NCBI RefSeq assembly: GCF_001194135.2 | Contig: NC_068998.1 | Span: 40,682,754-40,746,753, forward strand | DNA from: Octopus bimaculoides | Taxonomy: Eukaryota | Direction of reading: 5' to 3' | Length of the DNA: 64,000 bases | In this document: positions 1 through 11,870 of the stretch, one piece after another | Position numbering within the stretch: position 1 is the stretch's first letter | How the letters are laid out: each line of letters opens with the position of its first letter | The notes under the pieces: model-generated | What the model was told of the DNA's origin: nothing | What the model saw: the letters and a program-made list of their open reading frames with translations, nothing else | Database searches by the model: none | Made by a program: the position numbers and the translations under genes

Positions 1-760
1 AATATCTTGTTTACCTAGAATGTACTTGTGTTACTCCCAATACTAATATTCCTTTTTGATACAGGCAAATTTTTTGGGGGTGGGGGTGGACTGTCAATTG
101 CATCAAACTCAGTGCACAACTGTTACTTATTTTAATTGACTCTGGAAGGATGAAAGGCAAAGTTGAACTCAGAACATAAAGAGCTGGAAGAAATGCTGCC
201 AAGCATTTTGTCCAGTCTGCTAATGAATCTGCCATGAATCTAATACTAATATTGCTGTTGTTGTTGTTCTAAGATCAACCAAGTGGGTTTGTGCCAGAAA
301 GGTAAAGGGCTTAGAAAGATGCTTTGAGGGTATTTAGTTGTTTCTCTTAACATTCTGCATCCAAGTCCTGTTGGGTTCAGCTTTGCTTTCCAGGCTTGAC
401 AAGAATCACTCATGTATTTAATCTCCCCCACCCCGTAAATATCTGGCCTTGTGCCCAGACCCCCCCCCCCAAAAAAAAACAACAACAACAGCAGCAAAAT
501 AACATTTAAAAAAATTATTTGTGTAATGAATAGCAAAAGTAGTAGACTGTGACTAAATGTATTGCAGTATTAATTTTTGTCTTTTACATACGGGTTTAAA
601 TTTTTCTTGGACTAACTTCTCCCCCTTCTTCCTTCCATGCCCAGTGGGCAATTAGATACACATTTTATTAGAGTAATGGAGATGATTATCTCAACTATGA
701 CTATATCCCTTCCTTCAAAATATATAGCCTGCAAAAGTTGAAAAGCCTCATTATTATTTA

Positions 761-1220
761 AAGGCCAGTAGGTTGGTAGAATCGTTAGAGCGTTGGACAA
801 AATACTTTGCAGTATTCTTTTCACCTCCTTACTTTCTGAGTTCAAATCCCACTGAGGTCAACTTTGCCTTTCAGCTTTTTTTAAAGTACTAGTGAAATAC
901 TAGGGTCTTTTAAATTGACTATACTTCCCTCCAAATTTCAGGTCTTGTGACTACATTAAAAAATTATAATAATAATTGTTATTATTAAAATGGCGAGCTG
1001 GCAGAATCGTTAACACGCTGGATGAAATGTTTAGTGGTATTTTGCCTGTTGCTATGTTCTGAGTTCAAATTCTGTCACGGTCGACTTTGCCTTTCACCCT
1101 TTTGGGGTCAATATAATAAGTACCAGTTGAACACTGGGGTTAATCTACTCGACTGACCCCTTCCAAAATTTCAGGCCTTGTGCCTGTAGTAGAAAGAATT
1201 ATTATTATTATTATTATTAC
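761..1220 (+). mobile_element. Two tandem SINE family A copies joined by (AAT/ATT)n
   Basis: Each has GCAGAATCGTTA/GTAGAATCGTTA...TTCTGAGTTCAAAT...ACTTTGCCTTTCA...AAGTAC. Confidence 0.8.
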
Positions 1221-1849
1221 AATGTTGTTGAATTCCAGTTTAGTCCTGATTGAGTATGTCTATGATCAGATGTTCCCACTCTTTTGTTTATCCAAGACTA
1301 CATTCAAAATGGCTTTTTCATTTTCAGGTTGGTGGAGCATGACCTGAAGGTGCTTTGGCTGCTGTTTCTAGCAGTTCGAGTAACCTTGTAGATATTTCTA
1401 TTATGCTTTACAACATTTCAATGGTTTTTGATATTTAGTTATATCTTTGTGGTTTGGGTTTGTAGTTAAAAAGTTTGATTCACTGTCGTTTGTTGCTGGG
1501 TTTAGTCGTACTGTACAACACCTTTGGCAATTATCTTCTGTCAATAAGTTCAGGTTGTTCAATACCTTGTGAATGTAATTTGGCAGACAGAAACTGTGTT
1601 ATGTTTTTTGTATGTTTTTCACAATTTTTCATTGTCTGCACGTTCACTTCTCCATGCTTGCATGGTTCAGACAAAATTTTTTGTGGCTGGGATACTCTTC
1701 CTGCCACCAAACCCCATCTGCTTTCAAGCAAAATAATATTTCCCCTAGTCCTGTATTTACATGTTTTATATCACTCTTATACGACTAATTCCATCTGGGC
1801 TTTTTATAACTGGAGAGATAGTTTATAAACGAAACTACATTTATAAATC

Positions 1850-2215
1850 TCTTTTTCTCTTTTATCTGTTACTTGTTCCACTCATATGACTGTGGCCATG
1901 CTGGGGCATCACTTAGTCGAACAAATTGATTCCAGGACTTACATTTTTAAGCCTGGTACTTATTCTTTTGGTTTCTTTTGCCAAATTTCTAAGTTATGGG
2001 GATGTAAACACACCAACATCGGTTGTCAAGCAGTTGTTGGGGACAAACACACACACATATGATGGACTTCTTTCAGTTTCCATCTACCAAATCCACTCAC
2101 AAGCCTTCGGTCAGCCTGAGACTATAGTAGAATACACTTGACCAAGGTGCCACACAGTGAAACTGAACCCAGAACCATGTGATTGGGAAACAAGCTTCTT
2201 ACCATACCATCACAC
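1850..2215 (-). mobile_element. Composite SINE: tRNA head C + (TG)n + tail D; near-identical structure at 61925-62345
   Basis: GACTGTGGCCATGCTGG...CATCGGTTGTCAAGC tail joined through (CA)n to CTTCTTTCAGTTTCCATCTACCAAATCC...CTTCTTACCA head. Confidence 0.78.
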
Positions 2216-2338
2216 CTGTGTTTTAAATTTTCTTTTAAAATCTAGATGTAAATGTTGTATCTGTTTTGTTATATGAAATTATACCTCCCCACACTGATAT
2301 AACTTTTTATATTTCTTTCTTTCAAACAGATATTAACA

Positions 2339-2353
2339 ATGGAATTGTTTTAA
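2339..2353 (+). promoter_or_regulatory. Short upstream ORF (Met-Glu-Leu-Phe-stop) in the 5' UTR part of the first coding exon
   Basis: ATG GAA TTG TTT TAA at 2339-2353, 37 nt before the main ATG. Function is inferred only. Confidence 0.4.
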
Positions 2354-2390
2354 AGTTCATTTTGAACTTTAAACTGGCCAATTAACCCTG

Positions 2391-3012
2391 ATGAATGGTA
2401 TTAGTTCAACTCTAGTTACCCAGTTGCCTCCAATCCCCGCAGTTGGCGTGAATCCCAAGTTAACACCAAATCCGATTAGTCTAAGTACGGGCTTGAACAG
2501 TGAACAGGCTAGCTACCCAGTTTTGCATTTCCAGTCCCCATTAAAAACATCCCCACCGGAAGGAGGAGGAGAGCGAGATGGAAGAACGAGCGAACCAGTT
2601 TGTGAGAAACAGCAGATTGAAGTGCCAGCTTTGATGTCAATGGACCAGTCCACTCGTAGAAGGATCCGTCATGTGCCGAAACATGAGCCGTTGAGCGAGA
2701 GTACCGCTATCACTACAACATCTACCACCACCAGTGCTACTATTGCTACAACTACTACTGCTACTGCTATTGTTAATAGTACGTCAGATGACAAGATGAA
2801 GGTTCCTGTTAAAGATCCTACTTCTAAAGTGGAAACAACCTCGAAGGAGAACCAGAGTGTTCAGAAAAAGACTGATCCGTTGTTGGAAAAGCATGAGAAA
2901 CCAGCCAAGTGGTTTGTTGGCGACCTCATTTGGTCAAAAGTATCTGGTCATCCTTGGTGGCCCTGCCTTATTGCTTGTGATCCCGTTGAAGGGATCTATA
3001 CCAAACTGTGTG
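2391..3012 (+). CDS. NSD2: NSD coding exon 1: N-terminus, Thr-rich linker, first half of PWWP1
   Basis: Acceptor ttcaaacag ends 2329. ATG 2391 has an in-frame TAA upstream at 2370-2372. Encodes [26 protein letters not shown]. Donor G|gtaaga at 3013, phase 1. Confidence 0.92.
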
Positions 3013-4511
3013 GTAAGATATTGTCTTTTGTATTTTATTAGACCAAATTGTTCTTTGTTTTATTTTCAAGTCTATAATTTCTTTCTAAATGACGTGTGTG
3101 TGTGTGTGCATGTGCAGGCTCAATGACGGCTGAGATTAAAAAGTTTGCTTTGTAACTACATGCCATGTCATGTAGTGAACCCACTACATGGCATGTTGGG
3201 AAAATATATTTTAATGTAGCTATATAGCTTTGGAGTGATAGATACATTGCAAGTCGGATTCGAGGTGGAAACTGTTTAGAAATTCATTCTAAGCACATGC
3301 ACACCCATACATGTCTTTGTGGTGTGTGTGTGTGTGCTTATGTTTACATCAGTGTTTGTGTCAGTTTATGTTTTGTAACTTAGTGGGTTGATAAATAGTG
3401 TGGAGCTTAGGTGTTTCGCTCATAAACACATACACATCACCTGGTCTGAGATCTGAACCCCTGATCCCTTGACAGCGAGTCCGCTGCTCAGGCCATGTGC
3501 CTCCACAATAAACAGAATGGCTGAGGTAAATAAGATGATCTTGTTCGTTTATTTTTTTAGCATTGTTAAGAATGACAGTTTTAATAAGTTTAGTTAATTT
3601 TCTTCAACAACATGAAGAAGATGAAGCTATTTCTTTGACCCTTTTGATACAAGCTTACTGAGACAGCCTCTGGTTCTCTGGTACAAGCTTCCTCTTCAAA
3701 ACTGATCTGAATTAAATTTTTCAATCAAAATTTCATGTTGATATATTTTCAAACATCAGTTATTTTAATATATTCTTCAGTATTTTGGAAGATAATTGAA
3801 TCAAAGGCAGTGTTTTCCACAAAAATATGGTAATGAAAGGATTAATGTCCATTTTTTGTGTGGTTCTAGAGTTAAATATTGAGCTAGATATGGTAATAAT
3901 CCACCAGATAACATTTCTTTAACTAAAATCCATTGCAGAAGTATTATTTAGTTTGAGTAATATATTTCAACATAAACCTTAGTTAACCCAGCTTGTTGGC
4001 AATAGGTACCAGGTAGTCTAAGAAATTTAATTCAGACTAGTATTGTCTTCAGAGATGTGTGTGAGTTATTTCTCTCATTTGCTGAATACTGCCCAGCAAG
4101 GGCTGGTATGTTACGAGGCAGTCAGCCTGGTTGAATGCATTGCTCTTCAGGCCACTGGATATAGCTGGACATTTTGTACCAGGAATAAAGTAGGAAAATT
4201 TCTTAGTCAGGAGGTGAACTTGCATTGCAGATTCTGTGTTTAGAGAGGAAGCTTCTGTGGTTGCTTGATCTGCTAGAAATAACAGCCAAATCTTCACTGA
4301 AATCACACCTGGTGTTTTGATAAAAGAAAATATATTGGGATAATGTAGCCCTAAATTTTTTATATCTGGGGGGAAAAGACTGGTTGATCACAACTGGAAT
4401 CTTTAATCAAACAATCAGTTTGATATCAAGGTTGACCTAGAGCTAAACAATAAAAGCTTTTAAATATCAAGAAATAGAAAATCACAAATCGTCTATTTAC
4501 TATTTAAATTA

Positions 4512-5706
4512 TTGGGTTGGCAAGTGAGTAATTTCGGATTTTTAGTGTGAAATGAAAGTAATTTTTTTCATACAAAGAATGAACTTCAACCAGTTATATA
4601 TTTTCCATTTTGTGCTTGTAGGACTTCTGGTCCTTATCAGCCCAAAACTGAAGCAAGTGCAATTTCAGGTCATCATCATTATTGAAAGTTTTACCATTCA
4701 ATGAATTTTGAAAACTTTGAAATAAATGGTAATCTGATGGTGCAAGGTCAGGGCTATATGGGGGATGTGACATCACTCCCCAACCAAGCTCCAATCATTT
4801 TCACGAGTTAGCAAAGACGTGTGGTCTAGTTTTGTTATGGTGGAACACGATTCCTTTATGATTTGTCAATTCTGGTTGTTTTTCTTTGATTGATTCTTCC
4901 AGTTTCGTTAGTTGTTGATATGAAACATCTGGATTTATCATTTGGTTCCTTGGAGGCAGCTCAAAATACAAAACACCTTTATAATCCCACCAAATTGACA
5001 GACAGCATGACCTTTTTTTTTATGCAATTCAACTTTGTGTGTTTTGTGCTGGTTCATTACGCTTTTCAATTGATTTTATTGTGGACAATCCATTTTTCAT
5101 CACCAGTGATGATTCATAAAAAAAAAAAAAGGCTGATTTCATTGCATTTGACATGCATATAGCAAATTTTGATTTGTTGTGTCAAGTGAATCTCTTTCAA
5201 TTTATGTGGAACCCAAATATTGAGCTTCTTAACGAGTCGAAGACATTCTAAGTGATTTTCAATTGTTGCGTGTGATAAATTTAACCTCTCTGCAATCTCC
5301 TGCACAATTATATGACAATCAGATTCAATTATGGTTTTGATTTGGTCATCATCAATTTCAGTAGGTTGACCAGAATGTTGGTCATCTTTGAGTGAAAAAT
5401 CGCCGGAACAGAATTTTAAAAACCATTTCTGACATATGCGTTCTGTGAAGCAATCAACACCACAAACTTCACATTTCTCTTTGTGAACCTCAGCAGCCTT
5501 CTTGCTTTTACGGGAATAAAAAAGCAAAATATGCACTCTATGTTAAAATTGACACTGAATTAACAGCTGTAAAGAAAATTGTGTGCAATTTGCTTCTTAA
5601 AGTAAGCTAAAAGTAACGGCTATCAAATGTCAAAAGGAAAAAGTAATTTTAAAAATTTGTAACTCTGTTTACAAAAAAATACAAAATTACTTTCTTACTA
5701 ACCTAA
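4512..5706 (-). mobile_element. Degenerate mariner transposon (DD34D; Hsmar1-like TIRs) in intron 1
   Basis: Minus-strand fragments carry WVPHKL, TGDEKW and YSPDLAPSDYHLF. TIRs TTGGGTTGGCAAGTGAGTAATTTCG and rc TTAGGTTAGTAAGAAAGTAATTTTG match at 19/25, each flanked by TA. Stops and frameshifts present. Confidence 0.92.
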
Positions 5707-5769
5707 TATAAAATGTTCAAATTTATGGAGGCCTTAAGAAGATCTTATTGGTCTTTTATTTATCTAAAA

Positions 5770-5998
5770 CAGTGGTTCTCAACCATTTATTGTTCGATTC
5801 CTGTTTGATTCCTATTTTACTCTACTGGATCTCCATAGTTTTTGCTGAATATAATGAACATCTTACTGTATTTTTATAATTAAATATTAGTAGGAATTGT
5901 ATTAAAAGAAACTTTTTATGTACTTTAGAAATGTTACCAATTTATTGGAGATAATTTTAAGAATAAAATCTTATGTGGACCCCTGTTGAGAACCACTG
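5770..5998. mobile_element. hAT/Charlie-like MITE
   Basis: Perfect 14-bp TIR CAGTGGTTCTCAAC / GTTGAGAACCACTG. Flanking 8-mers ATCTAAAA and GTTTAAAG match at 5/8 and fit a NTYTARAN target. Confidence 0.75.
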
Positions 5999-6265
5999 GT
6001 TTAAAGCAAGTACTGAGGCCAACTCCTGAGACATGGAAATTTACAGACCATAGCTTTTTATTTATTTTTGTACATATTGGGCTTTGTACCTTCTTGTCAA
6101 AAGAAATATTGTATTGTCAAGATAATCTTTCTTCCTCTTCCTGTGTATCTCACCATCTATCTGTGTATTGTGTATGTATCTGGTCTAACAATCTGTTTAT
6201 TTGTCTATCAATCTTCCTACTCACTCGTTTATTTATGTATTTTTACTTTTATTTTTCACTTGCAG

Positions 6266-7132
6266 TAAAAGGCAAAGGATGTGTGCGGAATTACCATGTG
6301 CAGTATTTTTATGATGAACCAGAGCGGGCATGGGTGAGTGAGAATGCAACACTTGGATTTGAAGGGAAAGACAAATTCTTCAAATATGTAGAAGATATGC
6401 TAGAAAGGGCACCTGCTAAACAGCGATCCCAGATTTCACAGAAATATGGAGTCAGCAAACACAAGCGCCCAGTTTGGGACCGTGCTGTTCGTTCAGCAGA
6501 AGTAGCACTGCCTTTATCCCACTCTGAACGGAAACTCTGCTACATAAACAACTTTGACAAACATCCTGAAAAGAAGAAGCAAGAGTCTCCGGAAAAGTTG
6601 GCAGTTGAGGTTAGCAAACCAGACAAAGCTGGTCCCAAAGCCAAGAAACAAAAGACTGAGAGTTCTAGTGGAGCTGGTGTTACTAGCGGAGGAGATGGTG
6701 GTGGTAAAGTGAAAATAGAGTCTTCTTCTGCCAGTAAATTACCAAGTATTGTCAATGGAACTCTTGCTAAGAAACGCCACGCGTCACCTGGTAGCTTCGC
6801 CAATGACTCTGACAGCATTGCATCACCGCAGCGGAAAAGGCCAAAAGCGGCCGGCGGTACTGAGTCAGGTGGTGGGGCTGCCGGTGGCAGTGGGTGTGTG
6901 ACTACTCCGAAATCAGGGAAAGATGATGGTTCTTTTGATATGTTCTGTCAGAAGCATAGGGAGGGTGTTCTGTCTGAGCACTCGGACTTTGACGAGCAAA
7001 TGGTAGTTGAATATCTCAGGCAACAATGGAGTATGATGAGCCAGAAGCAGAGAGCTCGTTACAAGTCTAAGTTTGGTGGTGGTGGTGGTGGAGGAGGAGG
7101 AGGTGTCATTACAAGCAGAGGTACATCATCAG
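6266..7132 (+). CDS. NSD2: NSD coding exon 2: second half of PWWP1, basic/Gly-rich linker, HMG box, poly-Gly
   Basis: Acceptor ttcacttgcag ends 6265, phase 1 matches. Encodes RNYHVQYFYDEPERAWV (PWWP) and FDMFCQKHREGV...YLRQQWSMMSQKQRARY (HMG-like). Donor AG|gtaaat at 7133; alternative same-phase donor AG|gtacat at 7121. Confidence 0.92.
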
Positions 7133-10100
7133 GTAAATGAATTTTAACTGTTTTAATTGAAGCAGTTGAAAACTGACCTGAGCAGAAGCAAAAGCTGTAA
7201 TTTTTTCACAAAAACAAAGAAAGAAAAATTATTAATTATAATAATAATAATAATTATAATTATAATAACAATAATAATTATACACTGAAAAAAGAGCGGG
7301 TTTAAAGCATAAACATTCTTTAAATATTGACAATTGGAAGAAAAGGAAAAATATTTTTTTTTTAAATTGAAATTAAATTAATATTTTTACTATTCTCTTA
7401 TTATATTCTTCCCATGATTACCTCATTTTGTAAAAAAAATTATATTTATCTTAAGTGATAACCATAAATATTTCAGAAATTATACAAAAGTAACTACTAA
7501 TTTTCATTACTTAGATTGATTAGGTTCATTAGTCCTTTATGAAAGAGTATGTATATATATATGTACACATGCATATATATTATATAGATGAATATTGAGT
7601 ATAATTGTGATGATAGCAATAGTAATGATAATATAATAATAATAATAATAATAATTCAAACGGGTCCCATGATGTAGTAGATACATTAATTTATTTTTAA
7701 AAAAGAAAACATGAAAAAGTGCTTTACTTTTTTTAAAAATACTTAAATTTAAAAAAAAATATTATTTAAAGATTTTTTACCCATTTTTTTTCCTCCCCGA
7801 AACATTAAACATTTTCATTGTTTTTCTTTCAATTTTTATTTATTTATTTATTTTAATATTTAAAAAAAGACAAGGAAAGAAAAAAAAAATTTCTGTCTCT
7901 CACTCACTTTTCCTCCCCTGACATAGAAAAATCATTTGAAAGTGGTGTTGAGAGTGTTTAAAACTGGAGAAGACAGCCTGATTTTGAGCGGACTAAGTTG
8001 CCTTTTGAAGTTATACACACTGCAGGCTGTTCCAGAGGTGAATGGAATCAAATTAACAAGAAACATATTAAAACATTACATGTGAAGCAGGTCCATTTTT
8101 TTTTTCATCCTTATCACTTGGATGGTTGAATCCTATACACAAAAACATGCATGCATAATTTTTTAACAGAAGGTGGGAAATGAGGGACAAAACACACACA
8201 GACACACACTCACACTATTTTCAAACAGTTAAAGGGGTTATCTCTTTTATATATATATGTATATATATATATTTTATTGTCTCTTATATATTGTATATTT
8301 AAAATATATTTATGGTCATGTTTCTGATATGACTGACTGACCAAGCATATTTCAAATTCACCCTACCTCTTGAAGATTAAAATGAAGAAAAAAAATTAAG
8401 ATTTAAGACAAAAGAATTTAATTTTTCTCTTTGTTTTACTAATTTAATTTTTATTTATTTACTGATTTAAAAAATGAAAACACAAAAACCTCAACCTCCC
8501 TTCCAATTCATACAGTATTATTCATAAATTTATGATATTGCCTTAACATCCATTAAGAAAAAAAAAAATTGGCATTAAAAAAAAACCCCCTAAAAATTTG
8601 ATGGATAAATACAATCATATTTTATGAAAAATGTTTTATAAGAAATTATTCTTACATTTTTTTGTCTTGTGGCAAATGATTTAACGTTATTTATTATTTT
8701 TTTGGACTTCTCCCTCAACTTATTTGGATGTAAATATAGGGATAGCATTTTTAGTTGTCACTTTATATTATAAGTATGGACACATAACACAAACACTTGA
8801 CTATTTCTTACTCTTGTAATAATGGGAAATTTAGTAATGTTGCCAGAAAAGAAAATAACGAAAAGCAAAAAAAAAGGGGGGGAAGTTATAAGGCTGAGTG
8901 TTGTTTTTTTTTTAATGATATATATGTATATTATTAACCAACATACCCTCCACTGACTCCTCTCACCCACCACCTTCATTTCTGGAATAGCCCTGCTTTG
9001 TGGTCAATCATCATGGATTCCATGGTTGTTTGAATTAAAAAAAAAAACAATAAAAAATATATATATGTATGTATATTCTATTATATGTATATGTATATAT
9101 AGCTTTGTAATAATAATATCATAATGTTGTATTTTACATTCACCTCGTAAAGTTCATGTACTCCTAGGAAAATAAACAGTAGTCTTTACCAAAATGGTGA
9201 TGCTACTGAGCTACACTTCTGGAAATTTTGGTATTTTTTTTCTCATTTTGGTGTAAAGTGTGCATATATCTGTGAATGTATGGACTTTGGCATGGTGTTT
9301 AGTCTATCTGTCCCCTTAAAATCTTCAGCTGAATCTCCAAATTTTAAACACAATTGACAGCATCTGTTTTTCAAATGTCAAGTAATAATAAGAAAAATTA
9401 TTATATTAATAATGACAAAAAGGGGAAAAAAATGACAGATCTTAAAGTAATAATAATAGTTTATGTTTTCAATTCTTTTATTTTCTAGTTATTTCTTTAA
9501 ATAATAATGTTAACAGTGAAAATTTGTTAAGTTTCAAGATTATGCCTTTAGTAAACGTTAATCCACTAAAAATCATCTTAGGGTTAATGAAAACATTATA
9601 TAAATAATAAAAATTTATATATAAATTTAAATTAAAATGTTACCCATAGATTAAAATTTAAACTAAGTTATTTGAAAAGAGGTGTATTTTTCATGTGAAG
9701 TTTCAAAAGAAAAAAGATAGATATTAATTTTCAGTATTGATTGAAAAAAAAAAAAGCCAAAACTAAATCAGTTAGTGGGTAAGTTAAAATGTTTTTTTTT
9801 TTAGTATCTCTGAAATATACTTGAAATGTTTTTCCTTTATTGAATTCCAAATTTTGAAAGAATCTGATATTTCATTATATCAATTTCTGATATGAAAGAA
9901 ACGGGGGAACAAAGAAGAAAAAAAAAATAACAGCTTTTGCTAACTTAAGCTACAGGAAAATTTTTCAGTTGTGTGATTTTTGAAGAATTTTTTTTGTTTT
10001 TCTTAGAAAAAAAAAAAAAGAAACTGTTAGTAAAATTATGCTTTTCTTCATATATAGCATGTACACTTGCACACTGACAAACAAACAAAACAAAACAAAT

Positions 10101-11374
10101 ACACATTCACACAAACGAGCCTTAAGGGCCAAAATTTCACTTAAAGAATTCTCTCTCTCTCTCTCTCTTTCTCTGACTTGTTTTGATATTCACTATTCAA
10201 AAAAAAAAAAATTATTTCACAAAAAAGAATTATTTCTCCTAAAGTTTTTAAATTCTTATACCATCATACAATTCTCCCTAGTAAGAATAAAATTTCTGAA
10301 ATGGATCGAGAAATTTGGGAATTGCTTTGGAATGGCCTGTCATGTTTACAAATGTAGGTTCCATGCCCCACAGGCAACCTTTAACTTTTTCTATCTAAGG
10401 GTTTTTTTTTTCATTTCAGTATTTGCACTCTCTCATTTGTAGCATTCTTTATTTTGAGATCAAGTATTCCCCAAAATAATTGTGTATATGTTTAGCATAC
10501 ATTAGAATCTTCATCGATGTTTTCATAAAACAGATATCTAGAATTGAAGCAAAAGAATTTTTTTTTTTTTTTACACCACAAAATCTAATTCCTGCAAACA
10601 CTAATTGAAAATATTTTAGGTTAAAAAAAACAAAACCACTATATATGTACAGTTTTTGTTTTTATTTAAATTTTTTTTCAATAGTTGAAGATATCTGGTC
10701 TTTTCATAATTTAATCAATATCTGTATTTTTGTTTTTAAAGTTAAGTGTGATTATCCTTTTATATATATATCATTTGTTTTAATGTCCACTTTTCTGCAC
10801 TTAAATAAGTGAGGCAGATTTTCTACATCTGGATGCTAAACTTTACATGTAAGGTATTTTCCCAAACTCAGACATGTTTTCATGGAAGATTGGAAATGGA
10901 CACTGCTTGTATACCAGTGACACTCATTTACAACTATCATGTGATGTCAAGGCAAGGAGACAGTAATACAGACATACATGGGTATATACACATATGTACT
11001 ATGAGCTTATTTCACTTTCCATTTATCAGATCCATTCACAAGGCCTAGGGCTATAGAAAACGATACTTGCCCAAGATGCCATGCAGTGAGACTGAATTCA
11101 GAACGATGTAGTTGGGAAGCAAATTTCTTACCACACAACCACCCTTTAGTGTGTGAGTGTGTAAAGGTTTGTTACTTAGTTCTTAAGGTGTTGCACTTGT
11201 GATCTTAAGATGTGGTGTGTTCTTGAGCAAAGTTCAAATCCCAACTAAAGGCAACATTGCTTTTCATTTTCTGAGGCTGATAATTAAGTATTGGATTGAT
11301 ATAATCGACTGTCCTCTCCTACACTAAAAATTGTGGCCTTGTACCATAATTTCTATTTATGGTTACAAATAATC

Positions 11375-11870
11375 ATCATTATTTTTGAGTGAGAGAGCAA
11401 TGTATGCCATCAAAGTAATGCTGGGGTACAAATAGATGAAGCCCAGTATACCCATCATGACTACCCGTCTGATAAGGGTACACAGGTACATGCATTGTAA
11501 CCATATGTGTGTGACATGGTGACTGTGCATGAACCTGCAGGTGGTGCTGGTTAGAATTTTCTTCAGGTCAAGTAGCCTATCCTGCTCAAAAGGTCCCTAG
11601 ATAAGAATTGTTTAAAGACGATGAACAAAATACTCACATTTTCAGTGGTGAATTCTTCAGACCCCAAAGAATTCCACTCAAGACATGGCTATGCTGCTAC
11701 TCTACTCCTGCTTGCGATCAGAGATGCACATATCGTCAGCCACCAAGGGACATGCTCAAGTGGTTAAAATCAAGCAAGTCTGCGATAGTGAGCAGAGTAT
11801 ATGTTGCATCCATCTTTTATAAAATATGTACATAACACTTCCAATCAGTTAAGATGAGAAGCCATGAGAG
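11375..11870. repeat. Interspersed repeat with an inverted copy at 47690-47990
   Basis: GATCAGAGATGCACATAT...CAGCCACCAAGGGACATGC and ACACTTCCAATCAG are found reverse-complemented at 47696-47860. Confidence 0.65.

Noticed and set aside
1-2329. NSD promoter or first exon
   Set aside because: Only SINEs and AT-rich sequence; no CpG-rich or core-promoter signal; acceptor at 2329 implies the TSS is further upstream.
4512-5706. SETMAR-like SET-transposase fusion
   Set aside because: Element is antisense, frameshifted and upstream of the SET exons.
5986-6265. N-terminal part of the 384-aa ORF as coding sequence
   Set aside because: Starts inside a MITE end and is intronic; homology begins at the 6266 acceptor, in phase with exon 1.
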